A stretch of DNA of 64,000 nt from an uncultured Acidobacteriota bacterium (GTDB lineage Bacteria > Acidobacteriota > UBA6911), in the NCBI GenBank assembly GCA_963827655.1, contig CAWHCF010000036.1, positions 1 through 64,000 of the forward strand. Direction: 5' to 3'. Positions 30,222 to 40,564 of this stretch are shown piece by piece. The position numbers and the translations under genes were made by a program. Below the pieces are notes generated by a model. It worked only from the letters and a program-made list of their open reading frames with translations. It had not been told where the DNA came from and ran no database searches. The number at the start of each line of letters is the position of its first letter. The first letter of the stretch is position 1.

Positions 30222-32393
30222 ATGAGCCGCCGGGGAGCAATGGCTGAAACGCGCGCTCGTGGGCCTGCCACCGTCGAGGCAATCCGGGCGCTCAGGAAAT
30301 GGACCAGGTCGAACGGCTCTTTCTTTCAAGTGCGAGGTTTTTCCCATGGGTCCCGCGCCGGGCGTGGAAAAGTATCACGGTCGACGCATGAGCCCGGAGC
30401 GGGCCAGGCCAGGTCGTGCGCGATCGGCACCCGGCTCCTGGCGCTGAAAATCTCCCTTCTGCTTGTCCTGTCTATCGCGTTCCACTCGATCACGTCGGCG
30501 CCGCCACAATCTCAGCCCGATGCGAACGAAGCAGGGTGGATTCCTCTCTTCAACGGCAAGAATCTGGACGGCTGGTACACCTGGCTGCCTTCCACGGGGA
30601 GGGACAACGATCCCAACGGCGTCTTCAAGGTTGATGACGGGGTCCTCCATATTCTTGATCTCCCTGAGACGGACCAGGAGCAGGAGTTCGGGTACATCGC
30701 CACCAACAACGAATACTCGAATTACCGGCTGCGCTTTCAATACAGGTGGGGTTCGAAACGCTTCGCGCCGCGCGCTCATGATCCGCGCGACAGCGGACTG
30801 CTGTATCACTTCATCGGTCCGGACAGGATCTGGCCTGCCAGCGTTGAGTGCCAGGTGCAGGAAGGAGACACAGGCGATTTCTACCTGATCGCCGGAACGG
30901 CGCTGACCACGACAGTCGAGCCGTCCGACATCGAGACCAAGAAGTACAAGGCGGACGGCGTCGCCTATGACACGCGGCCCGCTTTTGACCGTATAGTCCG
31001 GAGTGGGACCTTTGACTCGCTGACCGACTGGAACACGGTTGAGGTTATCGTCTCCGGTGCGACGGTGGTCCACTCAGTCAATGGTGTGGTCAACAATCGC
31101 GCCACCCGGATCCGCCAACCCGATCCAAGCGACCCAAGCAGATTTGTTCCGTTGACCAGAGGGCGAATTCTCTTCCAGGCCGAAGGGGCGGAAGTTTTTT
31201 ACCGAAACATCGAATTGAAACCGCTCCCCTCCGATACTGACCCCTTTTATAAGGTATTGGTCTTCTCCAAGACCGCAAGCTTTCGTCACGGCTCCATTCC
31301 CGACGGCGTGGCCGCCATCAACATCCTGGGGTCGCTGAACAATTTCATGGTCGATGCCACCGAAGACGCGGCGGTCTTTAATGACGCCCGCCTGTCGGAC
31401 TACCGGGCGGTTGTTTTTCTTTCAACAACCGGCGACGTGCTTGACGACGCACAGCAAGCGGCGTTCGAGCACTACATCCGGGCCGGCAATGGATACGCAG
31501 GCATCCATTCGGCGACCGATACCGAGTACGGATGGCCCTGGTATGGAGACCTCGTCGGCGCGTATTTCAGCGGCCACCCGGCGGTTCAGACGGCCGCTAT
31601 TCGACTGGAAGACCGCGCTCACGTCTCGACCGCGGCGCTTCCCGATCCCTGGGTGCGGGTGGATGAATGGTACGACTTTCGAGCCAATCCGCGCGGCAAG
31701 GTTCGCGTGCTGGCTTCGTTGGATGAAAGCTCTTACACCGGCGGAACCATGGGCGACCATCCCATCATCTGGCATCACGAGTACGATGGCGGCCGCGCCT
31801 GGTACACGGCCGGCGGGCACACGTCAGAGAGCTATTCCGAACCGTTTTTTCTCCAGCATCTCGCCGGTGGAATTCAGTATGCCGCCGGGATCCGGCGCGG
31901 GAGAAGGCTCGACCGTTCCGGCTGGATCGTGACAGCGGCCCCTGGCGATGATGCCGGATATGCGATTGACGGCGACGGCACGACCCGCTGGACAACCGGC
32001 GCGCCGCAGACCAAGGGCCAGTTCTTCCAGATCGATCTGGGCGCGGCACAGACGTTCGCCGGCATCGTGCTCGACTCGGGAAACCACAGTTTCGAGAACG
32101 ATCATCCCCGCCGCTATGAAGTGTACGTTTCCAACGACGGCGAGGCCTGGAGCGGACCCGTGGCAAACGGGGCGGGACAGAGCCCGACAACCGATGTCAC
32201 GTTCATCGCGCAAACGGCGCGCTACATCAGAATCGTTCAAACCGGCAGCGACCCAGGGTACTGGTGGTCGATCCACGAAGTGAACGTTCCAAACCCAGTA
32301 AAAAGTAAGAAAGTGCTGAGTAAAAAGTCCGACGTTTCCACTTTCTACTCAGCACTTTCTACTTTCTACTCAGAAAGTCCTGGTGCCCGTTGA
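30222..32393 (+). CDS. Multidomain exported carbohydrate-active protein: DUF1080 + ThuA-like + F5/8 type C (discoidin)
   Basis: LFNGKNLDGW, RDSGLLYH, E.QVQEGDTGD, FQAEGAEVFYRNI; VLVFSKTA.FRH.SI, GIHSA.DTEY, DEWY; AIDGD.TTRWTTG..Q, ARYIRI.QT, WWSIHE. True start and stop are uncertain. Confidence 0.8.
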   Translation: MSRRGAMAETRARGPATVEAIRALRKWTRSNGSFFQVRGFSHGSRAGRGKVSRSTHEPGAGQARSCAIGTRLLALKISLLLVLSIAFHSITSAPPQSQPDANEAGWIPLFNGKNLDGWYTWLPSTGRDNDPNGVFKVDDGVLHILDLPETDQEQEFGYIATNNEYSNYRLRFQYRWGSKRFAPRAHDPRDSGLLYHFIGPDRIWPASVECQVQEGDTGDFYLIAGTALTTTVEPSDIETKKYKADGVAYDTRPAFDRIVRSGTFDSLTDWNTVEVIVSGATVVHSVNGVVNNRATRIRQPDPSDPSRFVPLTRGRILFQAEGAEVFYRNIELKPLPSDTDPFYKVLVFSKTASFRHGSIPDGVAAINILGSLNNFMVDATEDAAVFNDARLSDYRAVVFLSTTGDVLDDAQQAAFEHYIRAGNGYAGIHSATDTEYGWPWYGDLVGAYFSGHPAVQTAAIRLEDRAHVSTAALPDPWVRVDEWYDFRANPRGKVRVLASLDESSYTGGTMGDHPIIWHHEYDGGRAWYTAGGHTSESYSEPFFLQHLAGGIQYAAGIRRGRRLDRSGWIVTAAPGDDAGYAIDGDGTTRWTTGAPQTKGQFFQIDLGAAQTFAGIVLDSGNHSFENDHPRRYEVYVSNDGEAWSGPVANGAGQSPTTDVTFIAQTARYIRIVQTGSDPGYWWSIHEVNVPNPVKSKKVLSKKSDVSTFYSALSTFYSESPGAR
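32297..32370. repeat. Heptamer-based (AGTAGAA-like) inverted repeat between convergent genes; possible terminator
   Basis: agtaaaaagtaagaaagtgctgagtaaaaagt / actttctactcagcactttctactttctact. Confidence 0.7.
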
Positions 32394-33242
32394 CTTGAGC
32401 CGGATCTTGTACACGGAAGTCCGGGCCGTGATGTAGAGCGTGCGGTAATTGTCGCCCCACGCCACGTTGCTGGGCTTTTCCGGCGTCTCGATGGTACCAA
32501 TGTGTCGTCCCTCATTGAACACCCACACGCCGCCGTGACCCGTCACGAAGATCGTGCCGTTCTCGTCGGTCTTGAGGCCGTCGGGACCGCCGGGCTGAGA
32601 GTGCTTCATCTCGGCCACTAACTTGCCGCGGGTCAACGAGCCGTCCGGCGCAATCTCGAACGCGTGGACGTTCTGGCGCTCGCTGTCGGCGAGGTAGAGT
32701 GTCTGCTGGTTCGACGATAGCGCGACGCCGTTGGCGCGCCCCATCTCGCGTGTGGCCAGCCGGACGGTCGCCGACGCCCCGTGAGGCGCCTTGATCTGGT
32801 AGACTGCGGAGAATTCGACCTTACCGTCGCCCGATGTGGCGTTGCGGGCGCGGAGATCGGTGAAGTAGATACTGTTATCAATGGCGTGGACCAGGTCGTT
32901 CGGGGCGTTCAGCGCCTTTCCCTCGAACTTGTCGGCCAGCACCGTAATCGAACCGTCCTTTTCGGTCCGCGTGACACGGCCGGCGGTTCCTTCGCAAGCC
33001 AGCAGCCGCCCCTGGCGGTCGAAAGTCAGTCCGTTGGACCCGTTTGAATTCTCCCGAAATATCTGCGCCTGCTCGCCGGGGACATACTTGTAGATGCGAT
33101 TGGCCGGGATGTCAGAAAACACGAGGAAGCCGAGGCGGCTGAACGCCGGCCCTTCGGTGAACTGGTAGCCGGAGAGCACCTTCTCGACTTTTGCCCCCTG
33201 CTCGACAATGTCTTCCAGCGTCTTGATGTTTTTTTGAGGCAC
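32370..33242 (-). CDS. SMP-30/gluconolactonase/LRE family protein
   Basis: FTEGP, FSDIP.N, SNGLTFD, NAPND, NGVALS and PDGLK.D..G motifs. Confidence 0.88.
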   Translation of the reverse strand: MPQKNIKTLEDIVEQGAKVEKVLSGYQFTEGPAFSRLGFLVFSDIPANRIYKYVPGEQAQIFRENSNGSNGLTFDRQGRLLACEGTAGRVTRTEKDGSITVLADKFEGKALNAPNDLVHAIDNSIYFTDLRARNATSGDGKVEFSAVYQIKAPHGASATVRLATREMGRANGVALSSNQQTLYLADSERQNVHAFEIAPDGSLTRGKLVAEMKHSQPGGPDGLKTDENGTIFVTGHGGVWVFNEGRHIGTIETPEKPSNVAWGDNYRTLYITARTSVYKIRLKSTGTRTF

Positions 33243-33266
33243 CGCAGATTCTCCGAGTAGTTGGAG

Positions 33267-34473
33267 CTACGATCCTTTCCCGTGAGCGTAGTATGACTGT
33301 GCCGGAGCGCGGTAGGCGATCTTGAGCTGCGGCGTCTCGATCCGTTTGTGCCCCTGGTGGCGCGACTCGATCAGGAACGACAGCGCGCCTGATACCAGCA
33401 GAGTGCGCTCGACCGCATAATCCGTCTTACCGGTGGTAAACATGCGTCCGATCGCATCGACCAGCGGGCTGAAGTTGTTCGAGTTCTCGGTCGGGATGTA
33501 GCACAGCGTCGAATGAATCTGCCCGCCGACTTTAGCCGCGAACAGATACTCGTTAACCATTCCGGGGAGCATCAGGCTGCCGGCCCGGAAGCCGTCGTTG
33601 TACTCGATCAGGCATAGCACGGCATTCGAGACGTCTTCGGGGCGGCCCGGGGCCGCTCTTCTGTCCCCGCGACAGCGCGGCCTCCAGCAGCTTTCGCGAC
33701 CAGCGTCCGTCCGCTTCGGCTTTCCAAACCGCCTGGCCCTGCAGATGCTCCACCGCGCGGACGCCGGTCTCTCCCCCTTTACGGCGCTCGGTGAAACATT
33801 GCAGCACTTCGAGGTTATGGAAGATCCCGCCGTCCTCTACCCAGCCGCCCCCCACCGACAGCGCGTCCTCGAACGGCGCGTCGAGCGGGAAGTCCAGTTC
33901 CGGCCGGCGGAAGGTTACCGAGCACGACGAACCCGCCGCCATCGGGAACTTCAGCCGCCGCGACTGGTCGTACATCCACTTCGCCTTATCCCAGTCGTAC
34001 GAGAGATGCTTGTCGTTGAACACCGGAACGGCTCTCCCGGACTTGTCATACACGTCCACGACCTGCTTCATGAACTCGTAGCGCGGATAGAGCTTCTGGC
34101 CCTTTTCGTTATTCGGGTAGTTGCCGTGTTCTCCGATCAGCAGGACGCCGTCGACGGCCAGCTTGCCAGTACCCAGGGTGAGGGCGTCGGCGATCGTGGG
34201 ATAGATCTTGAAGCCGTAAGCGGCCGCCAGCCTTCGGCTGATGTCATTGGCGTGGACCTGGTCGGTGAAGAGCGAAACGACATCGCACGGCGGAGGATAG
34301 TACTTGTCATTAATCCAGTACCCCTCGACGAATCGCGTGATGAAGTTGTCGCTGTGTGAGCGTACGTGATAGGTCGTCGACAGCGCCGCGATCTTCTTTC
34401 GCGGCTGACCGGCGGCCGGGCGAACCGCCACGCCCGCCGCAACACCCAGGATGAATTCCCGTCGTGAAATCAT
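33267..34473 (-). CDS. Conserved Tat-exported hypothetical protein (Rossmann-like N-terminus), frameshift ~33640
   Basis: SRREF Tat motif; TIADALTLG.GKLAVDGVLLIGEHGNYP, PVFNDKHLS, AGSS; joined to the 33267-33620 frame (ERTLL.SG.L). Confidence 0.65.
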
Positions 34474-35693
34474 GTCCGGCCTCCTGCCACTTCCTCGTTG
34501 CGCTTCATGACGCGCAGCAAATTGTCTCCCATAATTTTACGGATGTCCGCATCCGTGTATCCCGATTCGATCAGACCGCGCACCAGCACCGGGAACTTCG
34601 AGACGTCTTCGAGTCCCTGCGGGACCATACCCGAGATGCCGTCGAAGTCCGATCCCAGGCCGACATGGTCCGGTCCCACCAGTTTCGCCACGTGATCGAT
34701 GTGGCGCAACACCATCTTGTAATCCACCGGCGGAAGCATCCTGCGGTAGCGCTGCTGGATCGCGCGCTTCAGCTCGAATTTCTTCGGGTTGCCTGCCTGC
34801 TGGATCATCAGGTCGGCAATGTCGCGATCCCGCTGATCGCGGTAGCCGGTGAATGCCTGGCTAGCCTTTGGATCCAGATAGGCGACGCTGAAGTTGATGA
34901 ATATCACGCCGCCGTTTTTTGCCAGCGCCCGCAGCATATCGTCGTTCATATTTCGCGGGATGTCGCACAACGCCCGCACCGATGAATGCGACGCGATCAC
35001 CGGCGAGCGGCTCACTTCGACGGCGTCGTAGAAAGTCTTGTCGGAAACGTGCGAGATGTCGAGCATCATACCCAGGCGGTTCATCTCAGCCACCACTTCG
35101 CGCCCGAAGCGCGAGAGTCCGTTGTGGACGGCGCGATCGGTGCCCGAGTCGGCCCAGTTGTTGGTCCTGAAATGAGTCAGGGTCATGTAGCGAACCCCGA
35201 GCCGGTAGTAATCGCGCAGGATCCGCAAGTCGTCGACGATCTGGTGGCCACCCTCGACGCTCAGCAGGGCCGCGATCTTGCCTTGCCGGTGGATGCGCCG
35301 GATGTCGTCGGACGTGTAGGCCACCTCGAGGTCTTTGGGATGAAGCCGTGCTGCCTCGTGCACCGCGTCGATCAGATCGAGCGTCCGCTCCACCCACAGG
35401 TGCGGCGGCTGATCCTGAGGCTGGGCCGGGACGCCGAAGAACACGGCTCCCACACGCCCCCGCCGCAGCCGCGGGATGTCGGTCTCGTAGTAGTCATGCT
35501 CAACCCCGACATCGTAGCCCTCGTCGACGATGTGCCACGGCGTGTCGATGTGGGTGTCGAGGATCAGGATGTCCTTCATCAAGCGGTCGAATCGCTGTTG
35601 CGGATTTTCCGTTTGGGCGAACAGCGTCGCTGCGACCAGCGAGCCCAGAAACTCTCGACGGGTTTTCACGGCGGGCATTCTAGCAGATATCAC
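34470..35693 (-). CDS. Membrane dipeptidase (peptidase M19)
   Basis: DTHID, EGGH, YMTLTH, D.SH, ASHS, RN, GSDFDG and G.N motifs; TRREFL Tat motif. Confidence 0.9.
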   Translation of the reverse strand: MISARMPAVKTRREFLGSLVAATLFAQTENPQQRFDRLMKDILILDTHIDTPWHIVDEGYDVGVEHDYYETDIPRLRRGRVGAVFFGVPAQPQDQPPHLWVERTLDLIDAVHEAARLHPKDLEVAYTSDDIRRIHRQGKIAALLSVEGGHQIVDDLRILRDYYRLGVRYMTLTHFRTNNWADSGTDRAVHNGLSRFGREVVAEMNRLGMMLDISHVSDKTFYDAVEVSRSPVIASHSSVRALCDIPRNMNDDMLRALAKNGGVIFINFSVAYLDPKASQAFTGYRDQRDRDIADLMIQQAGNPKKFELKRAIQQRYRRMLPPVDYKMVLRHIDHVAKLVGPDHVGLGSDFDGISGMVPQGLEDVSKFPVLVRGLIESGYTDADIRKIMGDNLLRVMKRNEEVAGGRT

Positions 35694-35777
35694 GAAAAAT
35701 CGGTGACAGGGCTTATTTGTACCTGCGATTCAGACAGTTATCGGTATGGATGCGGCTCAGACACCTTCCGAAGCCTT

Positions 35778-35910
35778 GTCATTGGTCATTTTTCATTTGT
35801 CATTTGTCATTCATGGGGTAACAAGGCCCGCGTCTGCGAGCGCCAACCCGGCCCGCAGCACCCACTAATGACAAATAAATGACAGATGACGAATGAGCAA
35901 TGACCAATGA
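35778..35910. repeat. Heptamer (TCATTTG/CAATGAC) tandem arrays in inverted orientation
   Basis: gtcattggtcatttttcatttgtcatttgtcatt ... aatgacaaataaatgacagatgacgaatgagcaatgaccaatga. Confidence 0.75.
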
Positions 35911-35994
35911 AAGCTTTGTGCCACTAGGGGGCCGGACGGGCTTGATAGCCCGTCCGCACATGTATGCGAGGTTTTGCGACAGTCTCGCCGAAGC

Positions 35995-38415
35995 TTACTC
36001 GTACCGAAGCGCGGTCATCGGATCGACCCGCATGGCCCGGAGTGCGGGGATGAAGCAGGCGGTTGACGCGACCAGAAGAAGGATCGCGGGAACGGCGATG
36101 AAGGTGAACGGATCGCGTGCGCTCACGCCGAAGAGCAAGGTTTCCACCAGGCGCGTCAGTGCCAGAGTCGCCGCCAACCCGATCGCCGTTCCGGCGGCGG
36201 CCAAAGCCAATCCGCGGCCCACGACATCGGAAAGGATGTCTGAGGGCCGCGCTCCGAGTGCAATGCGAACGCCGATTTCCTGCGTGCGCTGGGAGACGAG
36301 GAACGAGAGGACGCCGTACAGCCCCACGCAGGCCAGCACCAGCGCCAACGCCGAGAACGCGCCCAGCAAGAGAGCCTGCACACGCCGCTGGCGCACCTCG
36401 TCGTCGAGGATGTCATCGAGGGTCGCGACATTTGAAACCGGCTGATCCCGATCCACCTCCCAGATGCGCTGGCGCGCTGCCGCCGCGAAGGTCATCGGAT
36501 TGTCCGCGAGAATGACAAGGTCGCGCGGAACCATCCAGTTGTCGAGGGCCTGGCGATAGGGAAAGTACATCTCGGGCCGGGCTGCCAGGTCCAGGCCCAT
36601 CTGCTTCACGTCTTTAGCGATCGCTACGATGGTTAACCATGGTCTTGACGAAGAATAATCGCCGTATTTGATTCGCTTGCCCAGCGCGTTCTGTCCCGGG
36701 AAGTACATTCGCGCCATCGTCTCATTGATAATGACCACCGGCTGCGACTGTGGTCCGTCACTTTCTTCGAAGAAGCGGCCCGCGAGGAGCGTCATACCCA
36801 TCACCTGCATGTAACCGGGGCTGACGACCCGATTGTTCGCGTCGTACGGCAGCTTGTCCATGGGCTGAGGGCGCCCTTCGACGGCGAAGCTGCTCGTGCC
36901 GCCTTTCCAGACCAGTGGCAGAGCGCTGGTAAATCCCACACCTTTGATTCCGGGTAGGCTGCGCAGGTTGGCGACGACCCGATCGAAAAAAGCCGCCCGC
37001 TTGAAGCCGTCCGGATATTTCGAATCTGGCAGCACCAGGCGCAACGTCAGCACCCTCTCGGACCGGAAACCGGGATCGACCCCGCGCAGGTTAGCAAAAC
37101 TGCGAATCAGTAGGATGGCGCTGACGAGCAGGACAACCGCCAGGGCCATCTCTGAAATGACCAGGAGGTTGCGCATCCGGTTCCCGCCGCTGAGTCCGCC
37201 TCTCGCGCCGCCTTTCTTCAGGGCTTCATTCACATCCAGGCGGGCGGCCTGGAGAACGGGCGCAAGACCGAACAGGAGCCCGGCGGAAACCGTCGCAACC
37301 AGGGTGAACGCCAGCATGCGCGAGTGAAGCTGCAGCGGAACGGCCGGGGAAACGGCGGCAGGAAGGAGCTGCTTCAGGAAGGCAAGGCTCCACCATGCAA
37401 GCACGGCGCCCAGCAAGCCACCGACGCCGGCCAGGAGCAGGTTCTCCGTGAGCAACTGGCGCGCAATTTGGAGCCGTCCGGCACCCAGGGCAGCGCGCAC
37501 GGCGATCTCCCGGGTTCGGCCGGCCGCGCGCGCGAGCAGCAGGTTTGCGACGTTGGCGCACGCGATCAGCAGCACGCAGCCGACTGCGGCCAGCAGGACA
37601 AGGAGCCCGCGCCGAAGCTCACCGACGAATTGCTCCTTCAACGTTTCGACCCGGGCGCCCATGTCACTGTTGTTCTCGGGATAGTCGCGCGCCAGCCGCT
37701 GCATGATCACGTCCATGTCGATACGCGCCTGGTCAAGGGTGACACCGGGCTTGAGCCGCGCGATGACGTGCAGGAAATGAGCGCCGCGGCGCGCCCATTG
37801 CTCTTCGCTAAACGCCAATGGTGTCCATATCTCGGTCTGCTTGAAGTAGTGAAACTCCGGTGGCATCACGCCCACGACCGCATGCTTCTCATCGTTAACC
37901 CGAATATCGCGGCCTACCAGGCCCGGATCACCGCCGAACCGCCGCTTCCACAAGCCGTGACTGATGAGCACGACCTTCGGGCCGCCGGGCCGGTCCTCCT
38001 CAGGCGAGAACGTTCGTCCGAGCGCCGGCTTTACTCCGAGTAGCGGAAACAGGTTCCAGGCGGCCGCGTAGCCATCCAGCTTCTCCGGCTCTCCATCGCC
38101 CGTCAGGTTGAACGTGCGGCCGGCAAGCGCCGCCATATCGGAAAAAACCTGGTTCTGCTTTTTCCAATCAATGAAGTTGGCGGGCGCGGGCGTGTTGTGC
38201 GGGAAGCCCATGTGGCTGGCGTCCTCCCACACCGCTACCAAACGGTCGGGCTCAGCGAAAGGGAGGGCACGCAGCAGCACGGCATCTACCACAGTGAAGA
38301 TGGCGGTGTTGGCGCCGATGCCTAGCGCCACAACGGTAATTGCGACTGCGGTGAAGGCAGGGTTCTTCCAGAGCATTCGCCAGCCGTACTTCACGTCCTG
38401 CAGGAGCGAGCCCAT
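35995..38415 (-). CDS. ADOP-family duplicated ABC permease (MacB_PCD/FtsX x2)
   Basis: LQDVKYGWRML.KNP.F, LLIACANVANLLLAR...REIAVR.ALGA, QRTQEIGVR.ALGA, RVDPMTALRYE. Confidence 0.92.
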   Translation of the reverse strand: MGSLLQDVKYGWRMLWKNPAFTAVAITVVALGIGANTAIFTVVDAVLLRALPFAEPDRLVAVWEDASHMGFPHNTPAPANFIDWKKQNQVFSDMAALAGRTFNLTGDGEPEKLDGYAAAWNLFPLLGVKPALGRTFSPEEDRPGGPKVVLISHGLWKRRFGGDPGLVGRDIRVNDEKHAVVGVMPPEFHYFKQTEIWTPLAFSEEQWARRGAHFLHVIARLKPGVTLDQARIDMDVIMQRLARDYPENNSDMGARVETLKEQFVGELRRGLLVLLAAVGCVLLIACANVANLLLARAAGRTREIAVRAALGAGRLQIARQLLTENLLLAGVGGLLGAVLAWWSLAFLKQLLPAAVSPAVPLQLHSRMLAFTLVATVSAGLLFGLAPVLQAARLDVNEALKKGGARGGLSGGNRMRNLLVISEMALAVVLLVSAILLIRSFANLRGVDPGFRSERVLTLRLVLPDSKYPDGFKRAAFFDRVVANLRSLPGIKGVGFTSALPLVWKGGTSSFAVEGRPQPMDKLPYDANNRVVSPGYMQVMGMTLLAGRFFEESDGPQSQPVVIINETMARMYFPGQNALGKRIKYGDYSSSRPWLTIVAIAKDVKQMGLDLAARPEMYFPYRQALDNWMVPRDLVILADNPMTFAAAARQRIWEVDRDQPVSNVATLDDILDDEVRQRRVQALLLGAFSALALVLACVGLYGVLSFLVSQRTQEIGVRIALGARPSDILSDVVGRGLALAAAGTAIGLAATLALTRLVETLLFGVSARDPFTFIAVPAILLLVASTACFIPALRAMRVDPMTALRYE

Positions 38416-38436
38416 GGCGGTAAGAATCCCCTTCGG

Positions 38437-38483
38437 TTCTTAGCGTTTCTTTGAGTCTTCGTATCTTAGAGGTTGGTTCTTGT
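38437..38483. repeat. Dispersed 9-bp-period repeat ending GGTTGGTTCTTGT
   Basis: Related copies at ~5832, 11237, 11292, 44907, 53266, 56238, 58024 and 59038. Confidence 0.65.
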
Positions 38484-38582
38484 GGCGCTCGACATGCAGA
38501 CCGGGATGGGCATGTTCCCGGAGGTGGCCGACGAAGCCGTCTGTCACGTCGCGATCGTTCACGGACTGCTCTTCTTCGCGCC

Positions 38583-38644
38583 GTCCAACGTTCGCGTTCA
38601 GCGGCGGGCGCTTTTTGCCCGACCGCTGGACCGCGTCGTTAGAT
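38583..38644 (-). mobile_element. Solitary integron attC site (62 bp)
   Basis: Minus strand: ATCTAAC (RYYYAAC) ... GTTGGAC (GTTRRRY) with imperfect palindrome cgcg.t.cagcgg..gggc-aaaaa-gc.ccc.ccgctg.acgcg; overlaps the 3' end of the antitoxin ORF. Confidence 0.7.
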
Positions 38645-38858
38645 GCCGCGTTGCCTCGGATATCTTGAGCAGTGATCTCAAGGCTTCGTTGACTGCGTCA
38701 GAGCTTCGAAATGCTCTCGCCACGTCTGGTTCAAGCACGACAACATTTGCCCCCTGTTTCAGGAGGCGGCGGTAGTACTTTCCTCGAACGGCTGTCGAAT
38801 AGTCGAACTCGTATTCAGGCCGCATCTCATCCTTTTCTGACCGACTCTGGACCTTCAT
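38598..38858 (-). CDS. BrnA-like antitoxin, orphan
   Basis: DEMRPEY.FDYS.AVRGKY...VVLEPDVA..F..SDAVNEALRSL; no intact toxin upstream. Confidence 0.75.
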   Translation of the reverse strand: MKVQSRSEKDEMRPEYEFDYSTAVRGKYYRRLLKQGANVVVLEPDVARAFRSSDAVNEALRSLLKISEATRHLTTRSSGRAKSARR

Positions 38859-38919
38859 GAACCGCTCCCTCTCGCGCTACGGTCCGGGTCAACGCGGATC
38901 CAGGAGTCGAATCGCCGGC

Positions 38920-40488
38920 TTACGCTGGCAGCGCGCGCAGCGCCTCGCGCGCCCGCTTCATCGGCTGCGATTCCGAATCCTCCGTCCCCTTGGCATAGTA
39001 CACGGTTGCCGCAAGCACGTGCGGCTGCCAGGCGGGACTGACCAGCGGGACATCTTCGATCAATGCGGCCAGGTACTTGTAGTAGTGAACCTCGTCGGCC
39101 TTCGCCCAGCATCAGGCGTACGGCTTCGGCAAGGAAAGCCTGTCGCGCCGGAAGGTCCGCTGCGAGACGGAAGACATTAAGGGCAGCCGCATCCGGGTTT
39201 GCCGGGATTCCGGCGAAGGTCTCGGTAAGGGCGCGATCGAGCTGGGGCGCTTCTCTTGCGGTTCCATGCCGGTGATCGCGAACGGCCGGAGGCCGTCCGG
39301 CCGTGTTTCGGCGAACTTGCGGAACTGGCCCATCCAACCGACCGCCTGCAGCAGGAGGAGATACCGCACCTGCGGGTCCGACGCTGTCAGGTAGGCGTAG
39401 TGCAGAGCATTGGCCGACGTGACGGCGTGGACCGCGGCGAGAGCGGCGCTCGACTTCGCGCGCATCCTGAGCTCGGCGGCGGCCAGGTGAACCGCATCCC
39501 AGACCGCGCCGGCGCCTGCGCTAGCCTTGACCAGCCGGTCTGCTACTTCGGCGCACGCTTCCTCCGGAGTCGATTCGCGCATCGATCCCAGGATGCCGCG
39601 CGTGGCCGAGGCCTGCGTCTCCTCTCGAACCCACGCCGGATTCAACCGCGAGAAAGTCTCCTTCACGCGCTTGACGTTTCCGCCGTAGCACTGGTCATCG
39701 AGAGCATATCCGTTGACTTGCTGCTGCTTCCCGAAATCGAGCATGGCTAGGGTGAGCGAACGCAGCACCGGTTCGGAGTGCTGCCAGCCCACCGCGTGCA
39801 AGGTCCGGAACGCGTTGGCCGCAAAGATCGCCTTGTGTCCGATGTTGCGGTAGTCGCGCGCGCCATATCGCCACAGCATCTCAAAGACCTCGCCGGGGCT
39901 TCGGTGGCGGGAGAGTGAAACCACTGCGCGCTCGGCGCGCTCAGGTTCCCAGGCCTCCATCGCCGCTTCGAACTCGGAGGCGGCGCGCTCGGGCGCCGGC
40001 AGTGGGTCGCGGATCGCTCGCATCGTGTAATCACCCGACGGCTGCCGCGCGTCGCGCTCCTGGGCAATCTTGAAATTGTCCAATGCGTAGAAGAGCGGCA
40101 ACAGGCGCAGGTCGGCGGGAGCTTCCAGGCCGATCAGGTGCGCCGAGTGGATGACGAAAACACAATGGAGCGCGAATCCTGGCGGCCGCGGATTGATGTT
40201 TCGGATTCCAGCCAGGAAAAGGGCGCCCAGGAGCTGGCGGTAGGAGACGCCGCGCCGCAGTTGTTCGACCAGCATCTCGGCGCACCGGTCGCGCGGCGTG
40301 CGCTCAATGAGTCCTACCAGAGGTTCGACCTCCGGACGGAACGTGACAATATCAGGCGTGACCTTGGCGTCGGAGCGGGCTAACAGAAGCGGAGAGGCGA
40401 GGCTTCCGGCAACGCCATAAATCGCCGCTCCGCCCAGACGATGCAAAACATTGCGACGCGAGATCGGCATCATGGCCATCCCTCCCAT
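38920..40488 (-). CDS. Conserved Tat-exported helical hypothetical protein (frameshifts ~39250 and ~39105)
   Basis: SRRNVL Tat-like motif; EPLV.LIE.TPR, LAGIRNI.PRP.GF..H, RDYRNIGHKAI, HAVTSANALHYA; C-terminus KADEVHYYKY..A.IED...REALRALPA* in a shifted frame. Confidence 0.65.
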
Positions 40489-40564
40489 GTTTTAATTCCG
40501 ATCATAGCACCGGTTTATTCTCTCGGACGCACTAAAAGCGCATCCGGGAACGATGGGGGTGGCT

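Noticed and set aside
14966-30222. Intact DGR template repeat or avd (four-helix bundle) gene
   Set aside because: Intergenic stretches (14966-15190, 25630-25870, 26710-26760, 29790-30220) contain no AAC-rich copy of the VR and no Avd-like ORF; none of the three VRs is adenine-rich enough to be the template.
29828-30282. Overlapping 128-147 aa ORFs upstream of TIR copy 3
   Set aside because: No motifs, RBS or consistent coding signal; treated as intergenic.
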